Shown: one piece after another, positions 9,564-17,968 of the stretch
How positions within the stretch are numbered: the first letter of the stretch is position 1
Layout of the letters: each line of letters opens with the position of its first letter
IMG/VR virus record: IMGVR_UViG_3300027847_001767
DNA: 64,000 bases
Direction: 5' to 3' (one strand)
Source of the DNA: an uncultured virus (IMG/VR IMGVR_UViG_3300027847_001767)
Lineage: Duplodnaviria > Heunggongvirae > Uroviricota > Caudoviricetes
Position numbers and translations under genes: made by a program
Notes under the pieces: generated by a model
Databases searched by the model: none
Told to the model about the DNA's origin: nothing
What the model saw: the letters and a program-made list of their open reading frames with translations, nothing else

Positions 9564-9615
9564 TGATAGTCAACACATTAGCTCAATTACTTCGCTTAAT
9601 ACGATAAAGCGAAGT
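9564..9615 (-). promoter_or_regulatory. operator-like site, inverted copy of 8675-8708, plus ACTTCGCTT/AAGCGAAGT palindrome
   Basis: 13-nt exact match and identical spacing to the TGA-N3-TCA core. Confidence 0.55.
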
Positions 9616-9842
9616 GAAATGCTTTCATGTTTTAGTTTCTGGAAGTAAACGTCCTAACTATCACTATGTCAATGAGTTATGAAGGTTTCAAAAAACATTC
9701 CGACCCCCACCGGCCTTTCCAAATTTCGTTTTCCCTTTACTACTTTTGCCTATTTTATATATACGTTACCCTGACCAAAAAAGTGCGTAGAATTTTTTTC
9801 CTTGATTTATTTGTTACACATGCTATATTATCAGAAATCGGT

Positions 9843-9850
9843 TATATTTG
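9843..9850 (+). promoter_or_regulatory. Bacteroidota -7 element TATATTTG
   Basis: 22 nt upstream of the XRE gene that opens the right cluster. Confidence 0.6.
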
Positions 9851-9872
9851 TCTGGTTACGTATTTATAAAAC

Positions 9873-10082
9873 ATGGATTTAAGAGAATATAGAAGGAAGT
9901 GTGGGTTTACCCAGGATCAGATTTCAGAGATGTCAGGTCTGTGTACTAAGAGTATATACAGAGCAGAAAGGTACCCCCATGAACTGAGCATAGGGAACAT
10001 GAATGCTTATTTGAAAGTATTAGGACTAGAAGTTAAATTCGCATTTAGAGAAGGAGCTATGCACCTGAGATTCGAAGAATAA
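9873..10082 (+). CDS. XRE/Cro-like HTH regulator
   Basis: LREYRRKCGFTQDQISEMSGLCTKSIYRAE. Confidence 0.85.
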   Translation: MDLREYRRKCGFTQDQISEMSGLCTKSIYRAERYPHELSIGNMNAYLKVLGLEVKFAFREGAMHLRFEE

Positions 10083-10202
10083 TTTTTTTACTTAAAAACC
10101 ACCTGAAATGATAAACAACGAATGTGCTGCCTCCGCACACCCATCTCCCAACAACCCGACGATAACCCCCATAAACACACTAATCCATAAACAGGGTGAA
10201 CT

Positions 10203-10385
10203 ATGACCTGGATCAAAGTAGAAGATAGGTTACCGGAGAAGAATGGATATTATTTAGTTTATCAAGAAGCAATTGAAGATATGTTTATATGTATGTGGGG
10301 ACAAAACTCATGGTATTATACCAATACTTTTATCACCCACTGGATGCCTTTACCAGATAAACCAGAAGAATATTTTTCAATATGA
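10203..10385 (+). CDS. DUF551-like phage protein
   Basis: WIKVEDRLP...ITHWMPLPDKP. Confidence 0.85.
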   Translation: MTWIKVEDRLPEKNGYYLVYQEAIEDMFICMWGQNSWYYTNTFITHWMPLPDKPEEYFSI

Positions 10386-10579
10386 TTCTAGAATAAATTA
10401 TAGCCTTTATTTTGGGCATGAAATAAGGTGGTATAAATTAATTACTTTACCAGATAAATTAGAAAAATAATGTACTGCTTCAGCATTTGGGAATTGCTAG
10501 TATTTGCTGTAGAAGCGTCATTAACGTATGCTCTTATGATGGAGTTGATAGGACTGTTTAAGGAAGAAAAACCAAAACA

Positions 10580-10810
10580 ATGATTGAGAATAAAGAATTC
10601 AGCGCAGCGATTATTAATAAATTAACTGAAGCCTTGAAGGAGCCTGAATATAGGCGGGGTTGGGTTGCTAATATTGCAATGGCCTATATAGATGAAGAAG
10701 AAAAATATAGAGAAGAAAACAATAAAAGACGGTATCATCTTTCTTTTCAGGAAAAACATAAAATTGCAAATAATGCCGCTGAACGTTTTCTTAAAATATT
10801 AGAGAGTTAA
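10580..10810 (+). CDS. hypothetical phage protein
   Basis: 76 aa, GWVANIAMAY...NNAAERFL. Confidence 0.65.
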   Translation: MIENKEFSAAIINKLTEALKEPEYRRGWVANIAMAYIDEEEKYREENNKRRYHLSFQEKHKIANNAAERFLKILES

Positions 10811-10898
10811 GCCAGAACAATGAACCAAATCTTAAAAAAAATTTATTGTGAATACTATATGCTTAGACATTTTTTACAAAACCTTTAATTTAAAAACC

Positions 10899-11213
10899 AT
10901 GACCATAAAATTTACATTTTCAAAGCAAACAGAGAAATTCATCGACGAGATGAAAGATAAGGGTTGGATAATAAACAAGACAGAATTACACGCTGATGCT
11001 AATTTATCGGTAGTGTACTGCTTGGTTATTTTAAAGTTCAGAGAGTTTTTAGTTTCTTACAATGGATTGGGTGGAGAGGTTACGATAGCTAGGATGGGAC
11101 AACAAGGACCAGCGCTTGTGTGTGAGGGAGGAGGATATTTTAATGATCCTGAGCGTATTATGGGATTCATTAAGGGATTAACATTTAAGACAACGGCAAA
11201 TAATGTGAACTGA
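10899..11213 (+). CDS. hypothetical protein
   Basis: Track ORF 10848-11213; ATG 10899 has the better A-rich leader. Confidence 0.55.
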   Translation: MTIKFTFSKQTEKFIDEMKDKGWIINKTELHADANLSVVYCLVILKFREFLVSYNGLGGEVTIARMGQQGPALVCEGGGYFNDPERIMGFIKGLTFKTTANNVN

Positions 11214-11506
11214 TGAGGCTGTTTATGATTATATCGTTTATGATGATTGGCATAGCGCTCTTTGTAGCTGTAGACACTTCGAATAGGCTTAGTGATCTCG
11301 AGACTGTTGTAGAGGGACTTGTTATTGATTCGACGAAGTATCGAATGTACAATGTTGACATTCAAGCTATGAGGGGGGAGATACGGGGGTTGAATTTAAG
11401 GTATACAGATTTGGAGAGGGAGTATAGTACTTTTCGTAATTTACAGTTGAATTTTGATTTTAATAGAGATAGTACGTTAACAAGAAAGGTTTTTTTTATC
11501 AAATGA
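11213..11506 (+). CDS. membrane-anchored coiled-coil protein
   Basis: N-terminal TM/signal segment followed by heptads. Confidence 0.65.
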   Translation: MRLFMIISFMMIGIALFVAVDTSNRLSDLETVVEGLVIDSTKYRMYNVDIQAMRGEIRGLNLRYTDLEREYSTFRNLQLNFDFNRDSTLTRKVFFIK

Positions 11507-11638
11507 AGAAATATTATCAGTGTGATGACTGTATTTACGAAGAAGAAGAGATTGTTTATGGAGAAGATATTCCGGTATGTTCGAGTTGTAAAGAAGAAAT
11601 GAGATTGGTGTTAATAGAGAAGGTAAAATAAATAAATT

Positions 11639-11830
11639 ATGTTTAACAAAGACGAATTAATCAAATTGTACATGTCTCAAAGGGATGAGCTCGTAAGAGG
11701 TATAAGGAACGTTTCTTCTGGAGAAAGTAGTTCATCAATAGAGTATATGGAGCTAGAAAAACAGATTAACTCTGTTGATATAAAGATTTCTGAAATAATG
11801 ATGTTTATTCAACCAGGTTATAATGAATGA
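11639..11830 (+). CDS. hypothetical protein
   Basis: 63-aa ORF. Confidence 0.55.
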   Translation: MFNKDELIKLYMSQRDELVRGIRNVSSGESSSSIEYMELEKQINSVDIKISEIMMFIQPGYNE

Positions 11831-12065
11831 AATACTTAAAGTTTTAGATATTTTTTGCATGATTGACGAGAATGGTCACCATGAGATTATTGTTCCAGTA
11901 GATTCTAAAATGTTGCATATAAAGTTTTATCCTGACGATCTAGGTTGTTCGGTAGTACTTGTGGAAAAGACCGAATTAAAGGGATGGTATAGGATGAACA
12001 TTGGTCATTACACGAATGCTAAAGATTTGGTTTTATTAATAATTGCTTTTGAAAATGCAGAATAA
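11823..12065 (+). CDS. hypothetical protein
   Basis: 80-aa ORF. Confidence 0.55.
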   Translation: MNEILKVLDIFCMIDENGHHEIIVPVDSKMLHIKFYPDDLGCSVVLVEKTELKGWYRMNIGHYTNAKDLVLLIIAFENAE

Positions 12066-12066
12066 T

Positions 12067-12264
12067 ATGAACAAAGAATTAACAGGTAGCGAAGCTGTGT
12101 TTGGATTTTGTGGATGGTTGACTACTAGAAAGGAGAAAACAGTAATGAGTGCAAGCGATGATTGTGCTGTTATTGCTGATTTAGTTAAAAAGTTTTGTGC
12201 TGTAAACAACCTTGCAGAACCAAAAAAAGGATGGGAGAAATTATTGATACATCCTAAAGAATAG
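12067..12264 (+). CDS. hypothetical phage protein
   Basis: MNKELTGSEAVFGFCGWLTTR; start at the internal Met 12067. Confidence 0.6.
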   Translation: MNKELTGSEAVFGFCGWLTTRKEKTVMSASDDCAVIADLVKKFCAVNNLAEPKKGWEKLLIHPKE

Positions 12265-12265
12265 A

Positions 12266-12595
12266 ATGAAAATATTGTTATTATTTATTTTAAGTGTAAA
12301 TGTGGCTTTGGCTCAAGAGGTTCGTCCTATTATGAACTATAAGTCTTTACTCTCAGTTAAAAACAAGGTAAGTATTGAGCGTGAATACATCAACTGGTGT
12401 TATGCTGATAGTATTTTTTGGGGCTATCAGTGCTATAAGCCTTATGTGGCATGTATTTATGATCCTAGTTGTAATAAATATGAAGCGATAAAATGCAGCC
12501 CAATGGACGTAGCGGCTGATTCTATTTATATTCCACACGAGTATCCTAGTTTCGTTGGCTTTGTTAAATGGAGAGAAGAGGAGTATGGGTACTAA
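12266..12595 (+). CDS. putative secreted Cys-containing protein
   Basis: MKILLLFILSVNVALA-Q signal peptide. Confidence 0.7.
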   Translation: MKILLLFILSVNVALAQEVRPIMNYKSLLSVKNKVSIEREYINWCYADSIFWGYQCYKPYVACIYDPSCNKYEAIKCSPMDVAADSIYIPHEYPSFVGFVKWREEEYGY

Positions 12596-12911
12596 AGTCG
12601 ATACCAAAATTTTATTATTAGTTGTTACGTCGGTGATGATTACTCTTGTTGTGGATAAATGCAGTAGGAAACAACCAAAGTTCTACTCAGCTTTCTCATT
12701 AGACCACAAGGTAGTTGAGAGCTACACAGGCCCATTATCTATTGTAAGGGACTCGCTATGCAATATCAGAGCTATATGTACCCTGGAGATACTATCAAAC
12801 AGCACGAAACGCCATACATCTTATTTAATCAAGTTTCAGATACTTCAAAATGGCATAGCGGAGATGCGATGTACTTGGACAGGAGAGGATATTGGGAGCA
12901 AGGGGATATGA
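12585..12911 (+). CDS. membrane-anchored hypothetical protein
   Basis: ILLLVVTSVMITLVV TM segment; start at ATG 12585. Confidence 0.55.
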   Translation: MGTKVDTKILLLVVTSVMITLVVDKCSRKQPKFYSAFSLDHKVVESYTGPLSIVRDSLCNIRAICTLEILSNSTKRHTSYLIKFQILQNGIAEMRCTWTGEDIGSKGI

Positions 12912-13193
12912 CTACGGGTTATTTTATATATGACAATACAGAGTCAGAGAATTTAATTTATAGATTATTTGAGTAATGAAATGGATAGCAGCATGGATAA
13001 GAATTTGGGTTTGGGGTTTTTTGTCCTAATTGCAATAGTGATGCTCCTAAAATTGACAATTGTTTTGTTTGCAAAGGAGATACTAGAAGTCCTTTTGGAC
13101 GAACAAAGCGCAAAATATATTGGATGAAATATAAATGGCTGAATTAAATGTTAGGGCAATGCAGTTGTATTATGAATATATTAAACCAAAAGA

Positions 13194-13817
13194 ATGAAAG
13201 AACTAACAAAACAAGAATTGATTGAACAGATTATAACAGTTAATCCAGTGGGTTTTGGTGAAGGCTTGTATGGCCTTGTAGAGTGGAGAGGCGCCCAGGT
13301 GGTTTGGAATGTTTTGGCTTTACATGATGCTAAGAAGGACAGATTAGTTGAGATCTATAATATTTTATGTGCGGATCAGGGTGATCCTTCTGTTGAAGAG
13401 AAGATCTCAACCGAACAAGAAAACATAGCTCTTGAAGAAGAAAACATAGCTCTTGAAGAAGAAAAAGTAGATTGGGAGGTTCTTGCTTTGAGACAAGAGA
13501 GGGTTTCTAAAGATTGGAGGGAAAAGTATATGGTCAAGAAAGAGTGTGCTGATTATTTAGAGGCTGTGGTAGAAGACTCAAAATCTAGATATGCCGAAGT
13601 TATTACGAAATTAGAGGGGGTCGAAAAAGAACTTACAAGACTTAGGCAATATACTACTAGGATTCCATACAAGAAATGGTTAGTTCTTATGAAAAATGAT
13701 CGAAATAGGTTAAAGAAATTTCTTTTGTTTGTTAACAGTCAATATGAGTATGACAGAAGTACATACGCTAATCATATGAGAAAGAAAATCAAAAAATGCT
13801 TAAAAATATTAAATTAA
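13194..13817 (+). CDS. coiled-coil hypothetical protein
   Basis: 207 aa with a duplicated heptad ENIALEE. Confidence 0.7.
   Translation: MKELTKQELIEQIITVNPVGFGEGLYGLVEWRGAQVVWNVLALHDAKKDRLVEIYNILCADQGDPSVEEKISTEQENIALEEENIALEEEKVDWEVLALRQERVSKDWREKYMVKKECADYLEAVVEDSKSRYAEVITKLEGVEKELTRLRQYTTRIPYKKWLVLMKNDRNRLKKFLLFVNSQYEYDRSTYANHMRKKIKKCLKILN
13417..13465 (+). repeat. 21-bp tandem repeat, about 2.3 copies
   Basis: AAGAAAACATAGCTCTTGAAG x2 plus AAGAAAA. Confidence 0.9.
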
Positions 13818-14203
13818 GATTCTTAATCCTTTTGTTTCCGGTATGGTCATATGCTCAAATACCAGACAAAGATCTTGGCGAAATGGCCGAAATATTAGAT
13901 ATGGTTGAGGGGGAGTGGTTGTATAATTATTCCACCATCGACTCTACAGAAGAAAATAGAAGAGCCATTATAATAGATTCCTTAGAAGTTGACTCTTATC
14001 ATATGAACCTAAAATATGAAGCAGATGGAGAGAGCGCTTACTTGGGAATGTATTTCTGGAGAAAGTACCAGGTGTGGGCGTGGAAGAACGCTAAGGCTTA
14101 TATTGGATACTCAGAGAATGGTCCGGTACTTACCTATATACCTGTTATTAATTTTGAGGGGTATATGGGGTTTATGTATGATTTGTTAATTAAAGAAGAA
14201 TGA
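13796..14203 (+). CDS. putative secreted protein
   Basis: LRFLILLFPVWSYA-Q signal peptide. Confidence 0.7.
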   Translation: MLKNIKLRFLILLFPVWSYAQIPDKDLGEMAEILDMVEGEWLYNYSTIDSTEENRRAIIIDSLEVDSYHMNLKYEADGESAYLGMYFWRKYQVWAWKNAKAYIGYSENGPVLTYIPVINFEGYMGFMYDLLIKEE

Positions 14204-14397
14204 AAAAATTATTCAAAAAAATTAAAGTCTCAGCAAAATTCAGCCTAAACAAAAAAGACAGAACAAAAAAAATAAAATTTAAACCAAAATACAGCCTTCC
14301 TAAGAAACATTTAACCCTGTTCCTAAAGACCAAGACCCCTAACTACCAAAAGACCGCTGACAACATCCGAGATGCAGCGCAGAAGTCTAGAAAGTGA
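14200..14397 (+). CDS. small, very basic protein
   Basis: Lys-rich 65-aa ORF with ATGA overlap. Confidence 0.5.
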   Translation: MKKLFKKIKVSAKFSLNKKDRTKKIKFKPKYSLPKKHLTLFLKTKTPNYQKTADNIRDAAQKSRK

Positions 14398-14412
14398 TTG
14401 GAAAAGTTTTTA

Positions 14413-14486
14413 TACCTTAGCGCATTATCATTCTCAGGTTGGTTTTAACAGTTAGGGGTTGACGAAAGTTAGCCCCTTTCTAATTT
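14413..14486 (+). ncRNA. putative sRNA unit 1
   Basis: TACCTTAG -7-like box, short U/G-rich body, AGGGGTTGAC-GAAA-GTTAGCCCCT hairpin, then a T-rich tail. Confidence 0.5.
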
Positions 14487-14492
14487 TATTCG

Positions 14493-14571
14493 TACCTTTG
14501 GTGTTCCTTCCTACGCCAAGGTAAGGACTGTAAAATACACACATTAGCGGCCACCCTGGTCGCTTTTTTTT
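14493..14571 (+). ncRNA. putative sRNA unit 2
   Basis: Exact TACCTTTG -7 box; AGCGGCCA-CCC-TGGTCGCT hairpin followed by a T run. Confidence 0.55.
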
Positions 14572-14573
14572 GT

Positions 14574-14678
14574 TACATTAGCACCATAAGATAGTTTTAA
14601 CCCCAAACGTGGGGGCGTACAAGTATAGATGTTTACATATTATTAAAGCTTTTGGGGGTTAGTCGACCCCCTTTTTTT
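14574..14678 (+). ncRNA. putative sRNA unit 3
   Basis: TACATTAG -7-like box; internal CCCCA-AACG-TGGGG hairpin; GGGGGTT-AGTC-GACCCCC plus T7 terminator. Confidence 0.5.
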
Positions 14679-14803
14679 ATGCCCATACCCCAAAGTTCTC
14701 CATATATATTAAAAATATGTTAATTGACTCACAATCAATCACTTATAATAAATTCAAAACAACCCATATTCCTAAACACCAAAAAGTGTTAAAATTCAGT
14801 TAG

Positions 14804-14882
14804 GTCCCCGTAAATACTATTTACGAGAGACTAAAACGTTGATTATCAGGCGATAGTGAAGTGATCAATCAGCTCATAACTG
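14804..14882 (+). repeat. 79-nt element, copy R
   Basis: 60/64 identity to the reverse complement of 3941-4004; both hairpins conserved. Confidence 0.9.
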
Positions 14883-15119
14883 CACACAAAAAACACGTAA
14901 AATGCCGATATAATTCTTGAAACACCCCAAAATCACCCAAAAACAGCCAATTTCGCAACGTATTTCTATTTTTTAGGTCAGTTGTTTAGGGAAAAAAGTA
15001 AATTTTAATTAAGTGAAATAATAATTAAAAAGTTATAGATTAAACAGAGTAGAGAAGAAAGAGTAAAAAGAAAGAAATATATAAAGAAAGAAAAAAGAGA
15101 AAGAAATTGGTTTTTTATT

Positions 15120-15127
15120 TACTTTTG
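15120..15127 (+). promoter_or_regulatory. Bacteroidota -7 element TACTTTTG
   Basis: Directly upstream of the protease-chaperonin operon. Confidence 0.55.
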
Positions 15128-15141
15128 ATCAAAATCAAGTT

Positions 15142-15861
15142 TTGAGAATACTTGCCTTCCTAATTTTATTGACTTCATGTGTATCCGTTCGGGACCCTGG
15201 TTTGTGTGGTTCCAATGATCCAACCCCCGCAATTCAGAAAACAAATTATTCTCCGACCTTCACCCGTTCTGGTTTTGTTGTTACCCTATCTCCGGTTTTT
15301 ATGGTAAACCAAGAATTCACAAACAAAGATGCTGATGAGCTTTACCTAGATTTTAAAAAATCAATCTTAGAAGCCAATCATCAATTCATGGGATTTCTAA
15401 CCTTCGATCTTGATCCGATGATGTGGTACAGGTGGGGAGATGAAACAATCGATCACTTACAAAAAAATCTAAAAAGAACTTTGAAGTGGAGTGACAATTA
15501 CAAAGAGTTAGAAAAAATAACGGTTTTTATTTTAGACAACGACCAGTACTCGGGACTTAATGGTTTTGTTTATTCAACCTCTGACATAGGTGGTCTTTGC
15601 CTGGAAAACGATTCCAGCCCAATGAATTATGTTTACTTATCCAGATCAGCGGTTCTAAACAACAATACCCTAACCCACGAACTAGGCCATTTTTTTGGAC
15701 TACCCCACTGTTACTGTTGTAGTGGATTGGTTGATGACAACACTTGCTGGAAAAATCCCATGAATGAAGTTTTTAGTTTTTGTGATCGAGAGTTCACAAA
15801 CGAACAACTTCAGATGATGTGGAATTACTTACCGTACCGAGAATGCGTGATTCATGACTAG
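15142..15861 (+). CDS. metzincin zinc metalloprotease (M43/pappalysin-like), predicted lipoprotein
   Basis: HELGHFFGLPH (HExxHxxGxxH), Met-turn NPMN, lipobox LLTS-C. Confidence 0.85.
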   Translation: MRILAFLILLTSCVSVRDPGLCGSNDPTPAIQKTNYSPTFTRSGFVVTLSPVFMVNQEFTNKDADELYLDFKKSILEANHQFMGFLTFDLDPMMWYRWGDETIDHLQKNLKRTLKWSDNYKELEKITVFILDNDQYSGLNGFVYSTSDIGGLCLENDSSPMNYVYLSRSAVLNNNTLTHELGHFFGLPHCYCCSGLVDDNTCWKNPMNEVFSFCDREFTNEQLQMMWNYLPYRECVIHD

Positions 15862-17368
15862 ATACGTAAAGAGATTTGAAATAGAGGCCAACCTCTTGGC
15901 ATCAATCGAAGATACTTCGAAAGCTATCTTAGCGACAATGGGTCCCTATGGCAACAACATCATGATAATGCAAGAGCATGGACTAGCTACTTCAACTAAG
16001 GATGGGGTAACAGTTGCTAGATCTCAAGGTTGGGAAAGCCCCTTAGATCAATTGGCTAGTGCGTTGGTTCAAGATGCTGCTTACAAAACAGAACAAAAAG
16101 CGGGAGATGGAACTACGACTTCGTGTGCTTTAATCGCGGGAATGGTTTCTGCTATAGATTGGGAGATGGAAAACAAATACCAGACCGCAACTTATCTAAA
16201 AAAGAGAGTGAGTGAGATGTGTGAGGGAATTAAAAAGATGAGCAAGAAAATAAAAACCGAAAAAGAATTAATCAATATAGCTAGAGTCGCCTGTAACTAC
16301 GATGAAGAATTAGCGCAAGTGATAGGAAAATCGGTATTTAAAGTTGGGTCTATAGGAACCATTCAGGTGTTATTTGGTGATCAGACCAAACACGAATATA
16401 AAAAAGGGTATTCATTCAGGCCTGGTGTTGTTTCTCCTCTTTTCCTTAGAGGCGAAAAAGAATTAGTCTTAAAAAAAGCTAAAGTTTTCTTATGCGTCAA
16501 CCCCATTGAGAGTTTGAATGAGATTGTAAAGCTGATGGAGATTTGTAAAGGGACTACAGGTATTTTAATTTGTGATGACATTAAGGGTGCTGCTCTTTCT
16601 TCCTTAGCTACCAATTACCAACAAGGCAACACAAACCTTATTGCCGTAAACGCCCCCCAGAGTGGCGAGAGAAGAAGGATGGTATTTAAAGACATTAATG
16701 CTATAGTTGGGAAAGGAGAGATTTGGGATGAGAAGCTAGGCAAGCATATTGGAGACATAACACCTTTCGATGTAGTGGGAACGGCGGATATAAGAGTGAA
16801 GGCTGATTCAACCATTATTGTAGGAGATGGAGATATTAAAGGAAGATTAAAAGAAATATCTGGTTTTTTGAGTGATGATGCGAATAAAGAAAAGCTAGAA
16901 AATAACCAAGACCTAAAAAACTTTTATGAAGACAGGCATACAGGGTTGGTTTCTGGTACTGCTACAATAGTGATTAAATCTACCTCTATGGTCGAACGGG
17001 GAGACAAGGGAAGATTAGCAGATGATGCGATACTCGCTTGCCAGGCGGCTTTAAAAGAGGGTTATTTAACAGGTGGGGCCACTACGTTCTTTCATTTATC
17101 AACCATTGAAGATAATATTATTTTAAAACGAGGCCTAGAAGCTCCTATCTGTACTGTTTATGGGAATAGGGGTTATGGGTCAGAAATTATCTTAACTGCT
17201 GCTAGGACGTTAAAAGAAGATGAGTATCTAGATGAATTCTTGGCTCCTAAACACACAGACTCTATCATAGAGCCTGTTCTTGTATTAACAACCGCGTTAG
17301 AAAACGCTGTAAGTGTGGTTGGAGAGATTTTAACTTCTAAATATCTTTTATTCCGAAGAAATGAGTGA
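15854..17368 (+). CDS. groEL: phage-encoded chaperonin GroEL/Cpn60
   Basis: TMGPYG, TKDGVTVA, AGDGTTTS, DDAILA and GYLTGGA motifs. Confidence 0.95.
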   Translation: MTRYVKRFEIEANLLASIEDTSKAILATMGPYGNNIMIMQEHGLATSTKDGVTVARSQGWESPLDQLASALVQDAAYKTEQKAGDGTTTSCALIAGMVSAIDWEMENKYQTATYLKKRVSEMCEGIKKMSKKIKTEKELINIARVACNYDEELAQVIGKSVFKVGSIGTIQVLFGDQTKHEYKKGYSFRPGVVSPLFLRGEKELVLKKAKVFLCVNPIESLNEIVKLMEICKGTTGILICDDIKGAALSSLATNYQQGNTNLIAVNAPQSGERRRMVFKDINAIVGKGEIWDEKLGKHIGDITPFDVVGTADIRVKADSTIIVGDGDIKGRLKEISGFLSDDANKEKLENNQDLKNFYEDRHTGLVSGTATIVIKSTSMVERGDKGRLADDAILACQAALKEGYLTGGATTFFHLSTIEDNIILKRGLEAPICTVYGNRGYGSEIILTAARTLKEDEYLDEFLAPKHTDSIIEPVLVLTTALENAVSVVGEILTSKYLLFRRNE

Positions 17369-17651
17369 TGACATTAAAAATATAGATCCCAAGAAATTAC
17401 TAGAGTCTGGTAAGAAGATAAAAGTCGCTATTAAAAAGCTGGAAAATAGTGAAGTTGAGTTAATGCCAGAATTAGGCGGTGGTACTTTACTTTTTATTTT
17501 AAAGACCGTTGATATGATTTTGGATTTTGCAAAAGAGAAGTTGTTAAAACCAGACGGGACCTATAGAAAAAAGGTATGGTTATTTAAAGCTCTTTCTATT
17601 TCTGGGTTCTTTGTTCAACTCGCTTTAAGGTTATTAGTGAAAATGATATGA
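17361..17651 (+). CDS. hypothetical protein with hydrophobic C-terminus
   Basis: 96-aa ORF overlapping both neighbours. Confidence 0.6.
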   Translation: MSDDIKNIDPKKLLESGKKIKVAIKKLENSEVELMPELGGGTLLFILKTVDMILDFAKEKLLKPDGTYRKKVWLFKALSISGFFVQLALRLLVKMI

Positions 17652-17968
17652 GAACCATCGTAATAGAAGAACATGATTTTTTTCCTACCAGTGGGAAGAT
17701 AGCCTTAGAGCTTGCAGAGAAGTCTAAAGTGAAAGATGGTTTCGATACAGGGCAAAAGATTGTCAACCCTTCTTTATGGGGAAAGATTATTAAAACAGGA
17801 GAGGGTGTGCCTTTTCATTTTAAGAATAGATTGGCTTTAATATCTAGGGCTAATGCGTGTCAGTTTATTTATGATGGGAAAAAGATTGCAATAATAAACT
17901 ATGAGTATGTCGAACTTTTGCTCAGTCCCAAGGAACAAAGTGCTAATAAGGCCGGATCAAAAAAATAA
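17648..17968 (+). CDS. groES: GroES-like co-chaperonin
   Basis: FFPTSGKIALE...WGKIIKTGEG...FIYDGKKIAIINYEYVELL follows the Cpn10 pattern. Confidence 0.75.
   Translation: MRTIVIEEHDFFPTSGKIALELAEKSKVKDGFDTGQKIVNPSLWGKIIKTGEGVPFHFKNRLALISRANACQFIYDGKKIAIINYEYVELLLSPKEQSANKAGSKK

Noticed and set aside
9666..9869. 67-aa ORF in the divergence centre
   Set aside because: Low-complexity translation overlapping promoter and palindrome motifs; probably non-coding
9143..10082. Divergent regulators as proof of a temperate lifestyle
   Set aside because: No integrase, partition genes or S24-type repressor seen; lifestyle cannot be determined from this window
14398..14700. tRNA genes or a CRISPR array in the hairpin-rich region
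   Set aside because: No cloverleaf or T-loop GTTCRA context, and no identical repeats with spacers
3941..14882. The 79-nt pair as DGR template/variable repeats or transposon ends
   Set aside because: Both copies are intergenic, and no reverse transcriptase, transposase or recombinase was recognised in the window
15854..17368. GroEL as a sign of host chromosome
   Set aside because: Highly divergent, lacks the GGM tail, gene order is not groES-groEL, and it is embedded among phage genes
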